NCBI GenBank assembly: GCA_002633005.1
Contig: NMRA01000213.1
Coordinates: 488,996 to 552,995 of the forward strand
Direction of reading: 5' to 3'
From: Phoronis australis
Taxonomy: Eukaryota; Animalia; Phoronida
Length of the DNA: 64,000 nt
Shown here: in pieces, positions 1 to 12,673 of the stretch
Position numbering within the stretch: the first letter of the stretch is position 1
Layout: every line of letters starts with the position of its first letter
Program-made: the position numbers and the translations under genes
Notes under the pieces: generated by a model
Told to the model about the DNA's origin: nothing
The model's input: only the letters and a program-made list of their open reading frames with translations
The model's database searches: none

Positions 1-231
1 TTGACAAAGTGGCATTCAGCGGACATACCATTGAAACGGTCAACGGCGTCGACAGTGAACTAAACTGCGCCATTTTGTGCATGAATGACGCGGAGTGCCA
101 GTCTGCGGATTACTCCAGTGTGTCGTCCACGTGCACTTTCTTAGATGTCAAGTGGGATAATCAAACGCTGTCTTCCAATTCCTTGGCAGAGAAGTCTCAG
201 ATGGCGCATGTAGAATTTCAATGTACCTTAG
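1..231 (+). CDS. PAN/apple domain exon (5' truncated by window)
   Basis: Translates to ...SELNCAILCMNDAECQSADYS...CTFL, the PAN C-x3-C-x5-C pattern. Donor G|gtaaac is phase 1. Paralog of 46498-46764. Confidence 0.88.
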
Positions 232-496
232 GTAAACTATTATTAAATGACAGGACAAATTCAAAGTGTTAATAAAAAGCAATGATGTGAAAACGAGCTG
301 TTCTGTGATCCTGTCATTGCAATTAAATCATTCCTTTGGTGAATGCACGTTGCTAGCTTGCTCAATTTCATGTTGGGAATTGCACAAGAAACGAAACAAA
401 TAGTAGAAAACAGAAACTCTACTTTGGCTTCATTAGGCTCTCGAAAATGCAAGCATGTTGATCACCAGAGATGGGAATGAAGATTGAGTACATACA

Positions 497-767
497 GCAA
501 TGGTGGATTTAGAGGGGGGCAAGGGGCCATGCCCCCCTAGAATTCTCCCAGATACCATGCTGACTTGCATATGCGCGAACCCAAGGGGGGTCGAGGGGCC
601 ATGAACAAACCATGTTTACTTTTTTTTTCTAGTAATAAAGTCCACAAACCCAAAAATTCCGAGACCCCTGCATCCCTACATTTTAGTCTGGGCGCCCGCA
701 TGTGGCAAAATTCTGGTTATTCCCGTGCCATGGCCACCTTAACTCAAAATCCTGGATCCGCTCCTTC
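497..767. mobile_element. Small non-autonomous DNA element (MITE-like, GGCGGAT-type ends)
   Basis: Starts GGTGGATTTAGAGGGGGGC and ends CCTGGATCCGCTCC. A related element with similar ends lies at about 4419-4550. Confidence 0.45.
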
Positions 768-1974
768 ACTGTAAGTCGTAGTTTTAAATCTCACATGTGT
801 TTTGAAAGTTACCTTCATCGGATAGACGGTGTCAATACTAGAGCTGGATTTACGAGAGTTCGATGTTGTGCGACTCCATACGGAGGCAGACATTCAAGTC
901 AAGCCAGGAATGAGAGGTTCAGTCAGTTTTCAACCTGTCATCGAGTCTCTGTTTCACCTTTGGTTTGAATGTCCCTTCTTACTGTACAAATACCTTCCTT
1001 AAAGATATTTAGCCCCACCTAGTGTAGACACGGTTATAATCATGGTGTATATGAGAAACCGAACTGGCGTATGGCGTATCTGTAAATTTATTTATTTATT
1101 ATGCATTTTATTTATTTATTATTATTAAATTTATTTATTATGCATTTTAAAAGATACAGAGACACGGTTCATTTTACGATCAGGTTTAGTTTCGTGGTAT
1201 TTTATTTTTATTTTCTAGTTTATTGTATCACGGGCCGGCTGCTTAATTTACTGGAAAAACTAAATTATTAGGTAGTTGTGCTGCACCACGTATTTGTTGT
1301 GCACGGGTATGCCGCGTATGAATCAGGGTTGCATTCTACGCACTGCAACGATTGGTGATGCACCCATGTGGTATTGTTTGGTATTTTACTGTACATTTGA
1401 AGGCAAGCTTTGAGCAGTTCTCGTTAAAACTGTATTACACAGTAAACCATATCAACTGTACCCAATCCCCAATTACCTAAATACGACTGTCTAAAAATGG
1501 TTCCTGGGAAATGACTTTTTGTTTTGCCTGAAGAACCTTTTAACGGATAGCGTGTTGCGTCGCAAAATTGTAGAACCACCTGAGCAAAAGCGATAGTAGT
1601 GCAATGAGCTGGTGCATTAGGCGTATTTCATTTTTAGCGAGATTCCACCATGGATTTTCTTAGTTTTTGAATTTTCAGTTAATATGAAACGAATACCATG
1701 AGATCTAACTAATTAGCACTGTTGATGCCAAGTAGTCGTGTTTTTTAAAGAAAACCCAGTATGTCCAAGTTTCCCGCCAAATGATGTAATGGGTGGAAGA
1801 CAAGTAGTCACTTGGCAATCAATTGCAGTGGCGGAACACAGCATATCAGAAGACGAGAACGATTTTGAGCGATTCACAAAATACACACTTAATCACTAAC
1901 AAAGGCTATAATAGACGGGTCTCACATTTTCACTATAATTTATTGCTATGATGGAATGACTACGGTATAGACAC

Positions 1975-2430
1975 AATGCATACGCCTACGTGTCGTAACC
2001 GGGATCGAGGGCCTGTCATCTATCGAACTGCAATGCAGGCAGTTTGTTCGTTATTTACAAAATTTGCCAATACAATGATAAGGTGAAGAGTGCTTCATCG
2101 TAACTCCGCTTATGTGCTTGGTCGAAACACGATTCCTTTGAATGCGTCCAACAAAGTGTGGCTCCCGACTGAATTGCATTACCCACTTTCTTGCGGCTAA
2201 CAAACCGATGCCATCTCTGTGCAACTTTAATGTATTTGGGAAGTTTGAACATAGAGACGTTCTCACTCAGGTTACTGTTACTGCATCCTCTAAAAACGTA
2301 CATTTTTCTGTCTGCAAAAGACCGATTTCAGCGGACTTTCCTCAAAGCTCCTCATATGTCGCACTAAGAAAATCAACGACGGAGACGGTCTTCCACCAAT
2401 TACGTACACCTTTGATAACAGATTTTTCAT
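1975..2430. repeat. Interspersed repeat, same family as 37830-38132 plus 41703-41820
   Basis: Shares GAGGGCCTG(T/A)CATC and TTGGTCGAAACAC blocks, in the same order, with the sequence flanking the Academ element at 38133. Confidence 0.6.
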
Positions 2431-2912
2431 GAATTTTTGATTTGATTCTTAGCAACGGGTATACTAGAAACTATTAAATCTCTTCAGATGCATTATGAGT
2501 CACGGTGTCATAGTAGGAACTACCGCTAGTAGAGGTAGATATCCGATAAAACAATGAATGCTGTCAGTCATCCAGTTGAGTAGATAGGGAAAAAATCAAA
2601 TGATGGACTTACGGATTTGAGTTGGCTACGTTGCGTCTTCGTCTTGAGGACTTCGGAAGGAAGTGAGATGTCGTGTGACTCGTCATGTGATCGACAGCAC
2701 AATCTGCGCGGAATACTCCTGAATGATCTGCCCCTATGTTCCTGGCAATGTAAGCCCCAGACCGCCCTGTTTACTTGACTCACATCCGAAAAGTCTATGT
2801 TCCGGGATGAACACGTGTCGGTTTTTGCTGTAGGGAAATAGGTTAGACGTTATGAGGTAGCCAACTAAATGGATATCCTTCAGATCATCAATTCATTCTA
2901 TTTGTACTGCAG

Positions 2913-3093
2913 ATTTGGGCTGCCCACCTGGATTTCATCTTTACGACAACTCCAAATGCTACGCTATAACAGGATCAGATTCTCTTAAGGTAGCCTTCTC
3001 AGAAGCGATAAACTATTGCTACGCCAGAGCAAGTCAACCGGTGTTTGTAGACGACGTCGAAGAGAAGAATGACATCATTGCTTTCACAAATAG
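2913..3093 (+). CDS. C-type lectin domain A, 5' exon
   Basis: tgcag|AT TTG GGC TGC; reads CPPGFHLYDNSKCY...FSEAINYC...EEKNDI; donor AG|gtaata is phase 2; 181 nt, same as 47725-47905. Confidence 0.92.
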
Positions 3094-3398
3094 GTAATAA
3101 TGTCCCAAGTGGCAATAAGTGTGGTTTTGCCCCTAAAATAGGCTTAACATAGGACTTCGTTCACAAAATCCCTTCTAAGGACACATTCTAGAGTAACTGA
3201 TAGATGCTCTATTAGGGATAGTGTCATTGGTGCCCATACGTAGAAGCAGAATACAATTTGTTTTGCCCAATGTTTCATAAATTTTAGGATCTATTTCATA
3301 TCGCAGACATGTTTAAACTTGTGCTTTTCTTTGAAGTATGGTATTCGAAAGGAAAAGGCGTTGCCTTTTTAATAGTATTAATGTTGGCATCTTTCTAG

Positions 3399-3640
3399 AT
3401 ATGCATCATCCGTAGGAAGTGGTGTGGAGACGTATTGGTTGGGACTGCAAAGTGTTGAAGGAAAGAATATCACTGCGTGGTATCTACTCAACAAGACCGA
3501 GTTTAATAACAACAGCTACACCTATTGGAGACATGGCGAGCCGTCACACGACTGCGCACTAATGAACTGCAAGGGACACAACTGCCAATGGGAAGGCGCA
3601 GACTGCGGTTCAAGTCACCATATAATATGTGAAAGAGAAG
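3399..3640 (+). CDS. C-type lectin domain A, 3' exon
   Basis: Reads YWLGL...YTYWRHGEPSHDCALM...WEGADC...IICERE; tctag acceptor, G|gtactc donor; 242 nt, same as 50341-50582. Confidence 0.92.
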
Positions 3641-4013
3641 GTACTCTAGTTCGGCTCTGCTTAATCGTGTTCAACCTACGTTTTTCATTCGATTGTAAAA
3701 TTATTTTGGCATTTCATTTATGTCTAACGACATACATGTTCCGGTGGTACCGGGTAAGCCTACATACATGTATACACACATTTGAAGGAAACATCTCCAT
3801 GTAGCTTTTGCTGTGCCATTTCCAAAGGTTGTGACGTGAACTGAAACAGTTTCAGCCCCGCTGTGTACACTGATGTCAAATTATCCTGCTGTTCCTATAC
3901 CTTCATATTTGCGAAGAAGTTGAGTAGGACTACACTGTGCTAGCTAGTCAACATGTCTTCGTATAGACAACAGCCGCTGTAGTGTTCAAAGCGAGTCACA
4001 CTTAACTTTATAG

Positions 4014-4217
4014 CTTTCAGAATAATGGGAGGTTGGACGGAAGTGCCGTGGAACGGTCCTTGCCTACCATGCGGTAATCGGACTCGATCCACTCAGTGTG
4101 ACAACCCACCGCCAGTGAATGGAGGCTATTGTAATGACACGTCGTTGACGGCTACGTTTGAGGAGGACTACTGCTATTGTCCTGGGACGGAGAGGGTGGA
4201 ATATTATGCAAATGATT
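4014..4217 (+). CDS. Thrombospondin type-1 (TSP1) exon
   Basis: Reads GGWTEVPWNGPCLPCGNRTRSTQCDNPPPVNGGYC; phase 1-1; 204 nt, same as 57919-58122. Confidence 0.9.
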
Positions 4218-6077
4218 GTAAGCCATCGTAATTTCTTGCCCAAATCGGAAAATAGTTGATGTACTTGTAACTACAGCTTTGTTTGAATCTTTGAACAGCA
4301 GTTCCATGGGTCAAAACGTGTACTTTGCGAATTTTTAGTTCGCACCATGTGACTAATCCATTTTACGTGATATTTTCAAATGCTTGGATACAGTGCATTC
4401 TATAGATGTTATAATTACCAGGGGCGGAATCCTGAATTTCAGCTAGGGGGCGACGGCAGAGTAATAACCGGGATTTCGACCGTCAGATATTCGCACCCTT
4501 GAACTGCCATATAGAACCCTTGCCCCACCCCCTTTAAATCCGCCACCGGTGTTGGTTAAGTCACCAAAAAACAATGTTCTGCAGCCAACTGATTGGAACC
4601 TGTTTGAAACTCTTGAGTCACATTGCCAAGCATGACCGTCATGGAGTGACCGCCCACATTAATAACAAGATGCTTTCTGGCGGAATTACACTTTCTCCTT
4701 CAACAACATGTTGAAGTATGCTTTTCACCAGTAAGTATATTAACAGCAGTGTCGAACGACTTCAAACGTACAATATAGGATGCCCTAAGTGAGGCGAGTA
4801 TGTTGAAGGTTTGACAAGATCCTGCTAGAGCACACTAAGAAGCCCAGTAAGCGTTGCAGGGGTAACTGTCCAATCCAAAGCATATGTGTGTGGGCTATGA
4901 GTTAACCAGTCCAATCATTATGGTGATCATCAGCTCGATAAGCTGAAGACTGGGTAATGGGTAGGTGCTACATGTACTACACGTACCTCGTTTACATGTA
5001 CGTGTACTGCACCTACATGTATGATCTTCTTGATACTTAAAATGCTACAATGAAACGGTCTCCACATATTCTTCATCTACTGTATGTGCTGGAAATTGGA
5101 CAACCAGTGTCCCATTGTTCTTTGTGTTCATGGCGTTTACGGCAAATACGTAAAAGAGTCAATCCAAGGAAGAAGTCGTGAACTGTAATTCGGTAGCCAA
5201 ACACTAGAAACCTAGCTGCCATTAAATGACAGCTACATTTCGTGTTGAATCAGTGATTGCTATGTGAACCTGGTATTTCCTAATAGAAAGCTTCGGCTGC
5301 AGGTTAAATGTAAACGGAATGTGAGAAATTGGAAATGTTCGCTTACTGCCTCATGTTGTTGACCTTCAATTTGTCATACGGACGGCAACAACGAGACGAC
5401 ATGTGATCTGGTGTAAGTGCAACAAGTGAGGTTTGGCTGACTGTTTATAGTAAAGATCGTCAAATTGGTTTAACTTGTCGTGTCAAACTGTGCTTATTGT
5501 TCGAAACGCGTCCTTTATTCTGATGCCATCGTCGCGTTGGTGTCTTCTCATATAGTGAGCAGGTGGTGATTGGAAACACAGAAGTACACAAATGTTTTAC
5601 TCGAAAACATTTCGATATCGGTTCTCTTGAAAGAAAAGATAGGATTGCTTTGATTAGAATTATTCGAGGCGAACAGGGATAACTGAGAGTTTCTGAATTA
5701 AATACAAACGTTTTCCTGTTTTTGTCAAAAATCCCTTTTGGCGTAAGGAAATATGACAGCCTAAGTTGTTTATACCTGGGATACTGATTGCTTTCAGAAT
5801 AAATGTTATTAAGCCTTTACGCCCAGGTTTTCGCCACCTTTGCCCCATAAGTCGCCACCGAAACAAAAAATGGAACACAACGCATACGCATATGACCTCT
5901 GGTGACTAGCACGTTTACGTTCACGTTTCCGTAAGGTACCCGTAACTATCTGACTGAATGCTCCCGTGCCTCCCCAAATGTATCTCCTGCAGTGCAAAAT
6001 ATGTAACTCGCTTACAGGTTACTTATTTTTCAATCCAAACTCCGAAATATACGTCTACCACACTGTTATACTTCCAG

Positions 6078-6353
6078 CTCTCTGTGATCTATCGATTGGT
6101 CAACAGTTTCAAGTGGTGTCCACAAGCAACCGAATGATATTTGGCAGCGAGTTGGGATCTCTGAACGGCGTTTACAGCGAGTTGGACTGTGCCATTCTGT
6201 GCCTGAATGAGTCGGGTTGCAAGTCTGCTGACTTTTCTAACATCACAAACGTCTGCATCTTAAGAAACGTAACGTGGTCCGACCCAGATTTGGACTTGAA
6301 AAGTGTTCAGCCAAACATCACCCTATCTCACTTGGAGTTTAGGTGTGTCGTAG
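6078..6353 (+). CDS. PAN/apple domain exon B
   Basis: Reads SELDCAILCLNESGCKSADFS...CILR; ttccag acceptor, G|gtaagt donor; 276 nt, same as 59557-59832. Confidence 0.92.
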
Positions 6354-7374
6354 GTAAGTGATTTGTAATGTGCATGTGAGGTTGGACATTTGCTAGCTGA
6401 TTGCCAATAGCTGACATTTGCTTGAGTTCCCCCAATCCAGATATGGAACGTAGTTTCCGCATACTTTGACCAAGGACTGTTACATTTAGCCAAGTACCAG
6501 GCATTGTCATATTGCAATTAGCGCCATCTATGCTGACAAACGTTTTACTTACAAACTAAGTCTAACAAAACTTTACCTGCATAGGTGGATGACACCAAAC
6601 TAACCCGTCGTGTAGAGATATTTGTTCGTGCATATTCTATGATAACTAGTTTGGTGGATGAAACATTAAATCTTTATAGTGACGAGGAACTATGCAAAGT
6701 AGTATGATTAACAAACTCCCAAATCATGGTCGTCTAGAAGGAACTGATTTGCATAAATAAAGCCAAACATTGATAACTAACTACATGTACACACTCAAAC
6801 GCCCGGAGGCAATTCATACACTCCCGCAGGAGACGGTGATATCCTCCGTGATCAAAATACATGTACTTTACATTCAGGCGGTAGAGCCGACAGGCGAGGA
6901 ATCTCTTCTCTTCGGCAACAACGACGCTCCTCAGCAAGGATACGCCAAGGGAATTCACTCTTTGGACAGGGACAGGGCTTTGCTACTGTAGTTAGGTTGA
7001 CCTACGCATCAAAAGATCAGCAAGCTTCTATTTCCGCTGTGTTTGCACACAAAATTTTGGTAGATCTTGCGTATGGGCACATTTATTTTGAACATCTGTT
7101 AAACAATGGCATACTTCAGTACCTGATTTTGGTTCTGTGGCCGATTATTTCTGATCTGAACAATGAAGAGTGCGTGAAAGTAAGCTCAAGGCCTACAAGG
7201 TAACACAGCATCTTGATTGAAATGGTGAGCTGAACATTGAATTATGGGAGAATGCTGAAGCCGTTTCCGTATCATAAGTCAATAATTATCTACAGGAAAG
7301 TGGCTCACTAATTTCTAGAAATACATGGCCCGTATCTATCTCAGTCACCAATCCTCGTCTTAAATATTTTGCAG

Positions 7375-7546
7375 GAGACAAAAGCCCTTACTGGTGGGAC
7401 TACTCCAGTAGATGGAGCGCGTTTTCTCTCAGTCTACAACAGATGGATTACGAAGAGGCCAAGCGATATTGTGACATGCACAACAGCCACATACTATTCC
7501 TGAATAGCCGGGAAGAAGAAAAGCAAATCGTCCAATGGAAAAATGA
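7375..7546 (+). CDS. C-type lectin-like domain B, 5' exon
   Basis: Reads DKSPYWWDYSSRW...DYEEAKRYCDMHNSHILFLNSREEEKQI; ttgcag acceptor, GA|gtaagt donor; absent from the ORF track; 172 nt, same as 60527-60698. Confidence 0.9.
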
Positions 7547-7998
7547 GTAAGTACGGTAATATTTTTCACTCGTGCAAGACTTGAATGACTAAGTCATTGG
7601 CTTATTTGTGCAATGATTTTTCAGAGCATAGATCGTGTTACTACTACCTCCCCCAAGAGGTAATATTTTGCCTTTTTTGAAGTAGCGTTTACCAGAGGGT
7701 CACTCAAGGGCCTAACAATATTTAAAAGCTTGTGGTCAATCTACTCGTGCCGCAATTTATAACACACACCATGCATGTGCAAGACCGTGTTTTTCAGTGC
7801 TACAGGCCAGGAGTCCTAATAACGACAAAGTCCCTCAAATTTGGTTTTGATCGCCTGAGCGTCGGATACTCTGTAGATTGATATCCTTTCCCATCACTAG
7901 ATGGTGTTACTGCTGTATATAAATACTGTTTTGGTGACAATCACTTCAATGCTAATTCCCCATTGTATGGATGAATCAATATATTTTTGTTGTTACAG

Positions 7999-8198
7999 CA
8001 GAAATGTGTCGGTGGATGTTTTCTGGTTGAGTGAGGCCTCGTCTAGCGCAGCCTCATATGACTGGATGCAGCCGGTTGCAACGGGATTTCACTCACTGAA
8101 CCAGTGCTCGAATATTATATGCAACACCACGCACTGCAACGAGATGGCGCAGTTCTGTAATGATACCCGGTCGGTTATTTGTGAGAAAAACATAGAAG
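7999..8198 (+). CDS. C-type lectin-like domain B, 3' exon
   Basis: Reads FWLSE...CSNIICNTTHCNEMAQFCNDTRSVICEK; G|gtaggt donor; 200 nt, same as 61257-61456. Confidence 0.9.
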
Positions 8199-9149
8199 GT
8201 AGGTATTGGCTGTGCACAAGATTGCAAGAGATATTGCCATGTTCATGCATTACAAGCAAATGACATACATGTAACAACACTAGCTTCGTTCACGAAGTTC
8301 TGGCAGATGCAAGAACTCATCACAGGTAGATTTCACATAACGGGAGATAACAGAGTGGACGATATCATTTCATTCGTTTTCTCCGTTTAAGAATATAGAA
8401 TGAGCTTTATCAATAATAAAGGTATCGCCATCAGGGATTATTTTGCACGTTACATGCCTTTGTCTACTCGTGCAATTAATTTTCATGTTATAGAATTTGA
8501 ATAAAATAGAGAATGGTTAAACTGGGAGACAATGCTCTTTTTATTATTCCAGGTTTTAAAACGCTTCTAATCTTTATAAATAGAAAGATTTGGAAATTAC
8601 CCCAGCTGATTTTAAATGCAAAAGAAAACGAATACATTTTTCAAACTATTCGCAATGGGAATAATTAGCTTCTCAGAAAGAAGTAGGCCTACATGTACGT
8701 GTTACTTCACTGCCTTCTGAAGTTTCTACTGTCGCTACATTTATCATTGTTCTGAATTGGTTAAACTGCTCAGTTCCTGCACTGAAGCTGCACAACTGGT
8801 TGAAGTTTTTTTTGTTTTCCCAACCGGCGCAATCTGCGGTACTTTTCCTAACAACCAACTTGCGATTACAGGAAAAAGTTCAATTAACAACACTCCCTGC
8901 ACACACTCATGTCTATTAACTCGCTAATACAAATCGATGACTGATCTTTAAACCCTTCACACCTTGGCCGTAAATGCTTGAATTCGGTTACTGTCCATTT
9001 TGATATTTTATTTTTAGCATTTCGTTCTGTTAATCAAACAACAAGCGCAAAAATAATGTTGCGTGACGTCATCAGTGGACCCTTTCTCCGTCAATGTGTT
9101 GTTATACACAAGCCGCGTGGTTTAGTGGTTTCAAAAACTGTTTTCGACT

Positions 9150-9340
9150 GAGTACTATGAAATGTTGCATGTGCCCAGAATCGGACTGACAATATTTCAA
9201 TTTTGCGTTTCCAAAAGACCCTAAGATCGCCCAGAATTGGCACTGGTTCGCGCGTTTTACACAGGTACATGTATGGCAGTACACGGTGGAGCAAGCAATC
9301 ACGTGTTACGCTGTGCTCAGCCCTTCGGTCCGTCGCAGAA
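9150..9340 (+). mobile_element. Degenerate THAP-domain remnant, probably from a DNA transposon
   Basis: Translates FAFPKDPKIAQNW, followed by an LCSA-like fragment; resembles the THAP FPxD...W...CxxHF motif. Element ends not resolved. Confidence 0.4.
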
Positions 9341-10751
9341 ACGGCGATTTGGTAGAGGATTCTCCAACGTATAAGAGCATTTGGTGGAGAACAAGTGCAT
9401 TGTGTTGTACAATAGCTGGGGAACATAGTTGTCAGGCAATTATTGATTATGAGCGTGAACACCAAAGTGTGACTGAGAGAATGAATGTGATTATAGTATG
9501 TTTCCATCTGTCTATTCTTGTTCACGATTCTGTAGGCATGCATGCCCCATAGTAGAACATGGGATTTAGACGCGACGCAAATAGTATGAGGTCACGACGC
9601 AGCCGGCACAGAGGCTGCAATCGGACACTGGACCGAAATAATCGACGAATCCGAACTTTCGGTACAAAGCGTTTGTAATTTTTTTGAACACACAAGACAG
9701 AAACGAGTATCGTTTGCCAGAAATAAATTCCAGTTAGCACCACTCTAAGTAGATCTGATCGCTCCTGAAAAACGCCACTCGGCATTCGAAGACACACGTA
9801 TGAAATCAGTGTCCGCTATTCGCGACTCTGATTTGACAGTCGGGTTAGGAAGTTCGATTAGAGTTACAGTTTAAGACACATACTACGAAATCACATCTAT
9901 CCACCATTGCACTGATAAATACTGTCAACTGATCTACGTTTTCCTCTACTGACCTCACGTGGCGGGAGCCAAAACATCATTAAGTTTTCTTTAAAATTCA
10001 ATTATTTCCCAAAATAAGTGCCTTTTAGTAAGATTTTGAGTTATAAAATTATTATGCACGGTCTAAAACCTCAAAATTGAAATAAAAACATTTTAGGAAG
10101 GCGTTCGAAACGTATTGATTTTTCATTAACGAGTTTGAGAATTATTCCTTGCCAACTATAAAGTAAATCAATCTACATGTAACGACTAGTCATATGCCGC
10201 CATCAACGAGCAACACACGTGGATCGCCAATAAAGATACATGCCAACGGGAATAATATGAATTTTATCGCCACCATTGATCGTATCCTGTGTGGCCAATT
10301 TCAAAACAGGTAGTAAACAAAAATGCGAACTTTTGAAAGCATGTATGATTGGAAAACGTATTTACCTCTTCGCACCTCGTGCAGTTGATGCCAATCTTTG
10401 TCGTGGTCGAGGTCAAAATCAACGAATATACAACTTTCAGACAACACTGCAGCAAGTTACGCTCGAGCTGGACATGACGTGTACGCGTTATGACGTATCC
10501 TAGTTTCTAAGCCTAGCAAAAATAAGTTGTAAAGAAAGCCTCCGATAGGCGCCTCCGTCGGTTACGATGGAAATTTATCGCGAGCTCTGGCCTGGCAAGA
10601 CAATATGTCGCCGATAAAAACGTGAATTCGTCTGCCAAAAAATGTTTTGTGTGCGCTGGCCACAAGCAGACACATGGCAATAACAATGAATGACACTGCC
10701 ACAGTAATGATAACGATGACGATAACGCCATTGCATTCGTTTTTTGTGTAG

Positions 10752-10942
10752 CTGATGAAGCAAGAAGCCTAGAGAATCTTCCTAATAGCGCATTTAAAGT
10801 GACATCTTTCCACTCGTCAAGTGGTTGCTTCGCGCCTAAGTTCAGCGGATATGCGTGGTGCGCTGAAACAAGATCAGACCCCAGCGATTATATTCAAGTC
10901 GATCTGGGTGTTGACTGGGTAGTTACAGCCATTGGGACCAAG
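10752..10942 (+). CDS. F5/8 type C (discoidin) domain, exon 1
   Basis: Reads LPNSAFKVTS...AWCAE...YIQVDLG...VTAIGTK; tgtag acceptor, AAG|gtaata donor, phase 0. Confidence 0.9.
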
Positions 10943-11321
10943 GTAATATCCTATCGTTCTTACTGTAAAACAGCGTCTTCAGTGAGTCTACAGAACCTTT
11001 CCGTGAATCACTTTTTACTGGACAAGGTGTGTTTCGGGACACTGGGATTAAGCGTTTCGAGAAACCTAACGTTAGTACCTCTTACTCAGATTCTTGAATT
11101 TTGGATAAATGTGGCCGAGGTGCAGAAGTCGTTGTACAAATGATGGCAGAAAAGAAATACTTCTATGAGATCTGACTCCATTAGAAACTGTTTGAAGTGT
11201 GGTATCCATTGGGATTCTAGTGCTTAATACCTGTTTACTTTCGTCGGCGAGGCCACGGTTTCGTATTGCTTTAAAATGACATTTTGTGTACCAGCGTATC
11301 TTAATTTTAAAGTTGTTGCAG

Positions 11322-11429
11322 GGTCGCGCGAACATGGATCAGTGGGTTACATCTTACGAACTTTACTTGGCTATGGACGTGGATTCTGACGACTGCGAAA
11401 AAGATTTCCCCCAAAGCACATGTAAAGCG
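11322..11429 (+). CDS. F5/8 type C domain, exon 2
   Basis: Reads GRANMDQWVTSYELYLAMD...CKA; ttgcag acceptor, gtaagg donor; phase 0-0. Confidence 0.88.
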
Positions 11430-12534
11430 GTAAGGAAGAGTCTTAAAACGCTTTGATCATACATGTATTTGTACGTAAATACGCTTCCGTTGACTTTGGA
11501 TCCAAATGGGGCGTAATTTTATATTACACCCGACAGATTTGTCGGTTCCTCTTGGTATTTTGATAGATATTGGTAATAATCACAAATAACCGGAAATGGT
11601 AGAGAGCAATGTATTCTTATTTTAATTTAACGCATAATAATACTTGTGACTTATCAGCCCTTAGCAAATTATAATATAACAAACAAAAATGTCAAAGATG
11701 TAAAATGCAAACTGAAACTGCTTCTAATTAACAATGCAAAGGATAGAAGCAAATTTGTACAATTTTCGCACTTCCTTTTTTCTTTTCTGATGGACTGTGA
11801 TGAGATATTGGAGAGCTCTTGGAGTTGCCGAATGTGACTCAAAAACGTTTGGCGTGTTCAGTGCTTGTCTACCACAGTTTTTTAGCTATCTTAGCTTCAG
11901 CAATGCACTTGAAATAGATCTTTACCTTCAGCGGTCAGCAATATGACATAAATATAAATATGTGTACAGGGGCGAAACTAGTCATTGTTTGTTCAAGACG
12001 CACAAGATATATCACAAAAGTTGATGTTAAAGGGAAATGCCACCCCAAAATAACCTATTTTGCATCAATTTAGATTTTTGTATTAACGTTTATTACGAAA
12101 TCTTCAGAAAACTATGAATATACATAACCCAGAAAACGCCAAGAGGCATTATATCTGGGTTAAAGGAATACAAATTAGATCGAGTAGTTCCACTCTATAA
12201 CAGCACGTTCAGTTACTTTACCTGACGGCTCAGAGGATTGCCCTGCCGCTATTTTAGCCCACGAGAGGGCGTGCAACCATTGACCAAGAGTGTCCGTGCT
12301 GCTACGTGTACATTAATTTGGAAAGTGGACGAGATTTTGCCTTAATTGAGAAGCACTGACATTATTGTATGTTGCCGTTCAGTATTGCTCATCTCATCGT
12401 TCCCATATTGAAATTACAAGAAATGATTGAGATTATCTTTGTTGTTCGTGCGTCATGTAAAGGGTGCAACGTCTTAGCAAGTATGAACCATGCCCATCCA
12501 TCATTTTTCGATTCTCATACTTTCACCGTTTCAG

Positions 12535-12673
12535 TTCGTTGGTAACGTGGACAGACACACGGAAGTTCTTAACAAGCTAGAGTTTCCGCGCGTTGCACGA
12601 TTTGTAAGGATCAAACCCCTTTCCCATCAGGGTTGGAAGTCCTTGCGTTTCGAAGTTTACGGCTTTCAGTACG
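12535..12673 (+). CDS. F5/8 type C domain, exon 3
   Basis: Reads FVGNVDRHTEVLNKLEFPRVARFVRIKPLSHQGWKSLRFEVYG; ttcag acceptor, G|gtaatt donor. Confidence 0.92.
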
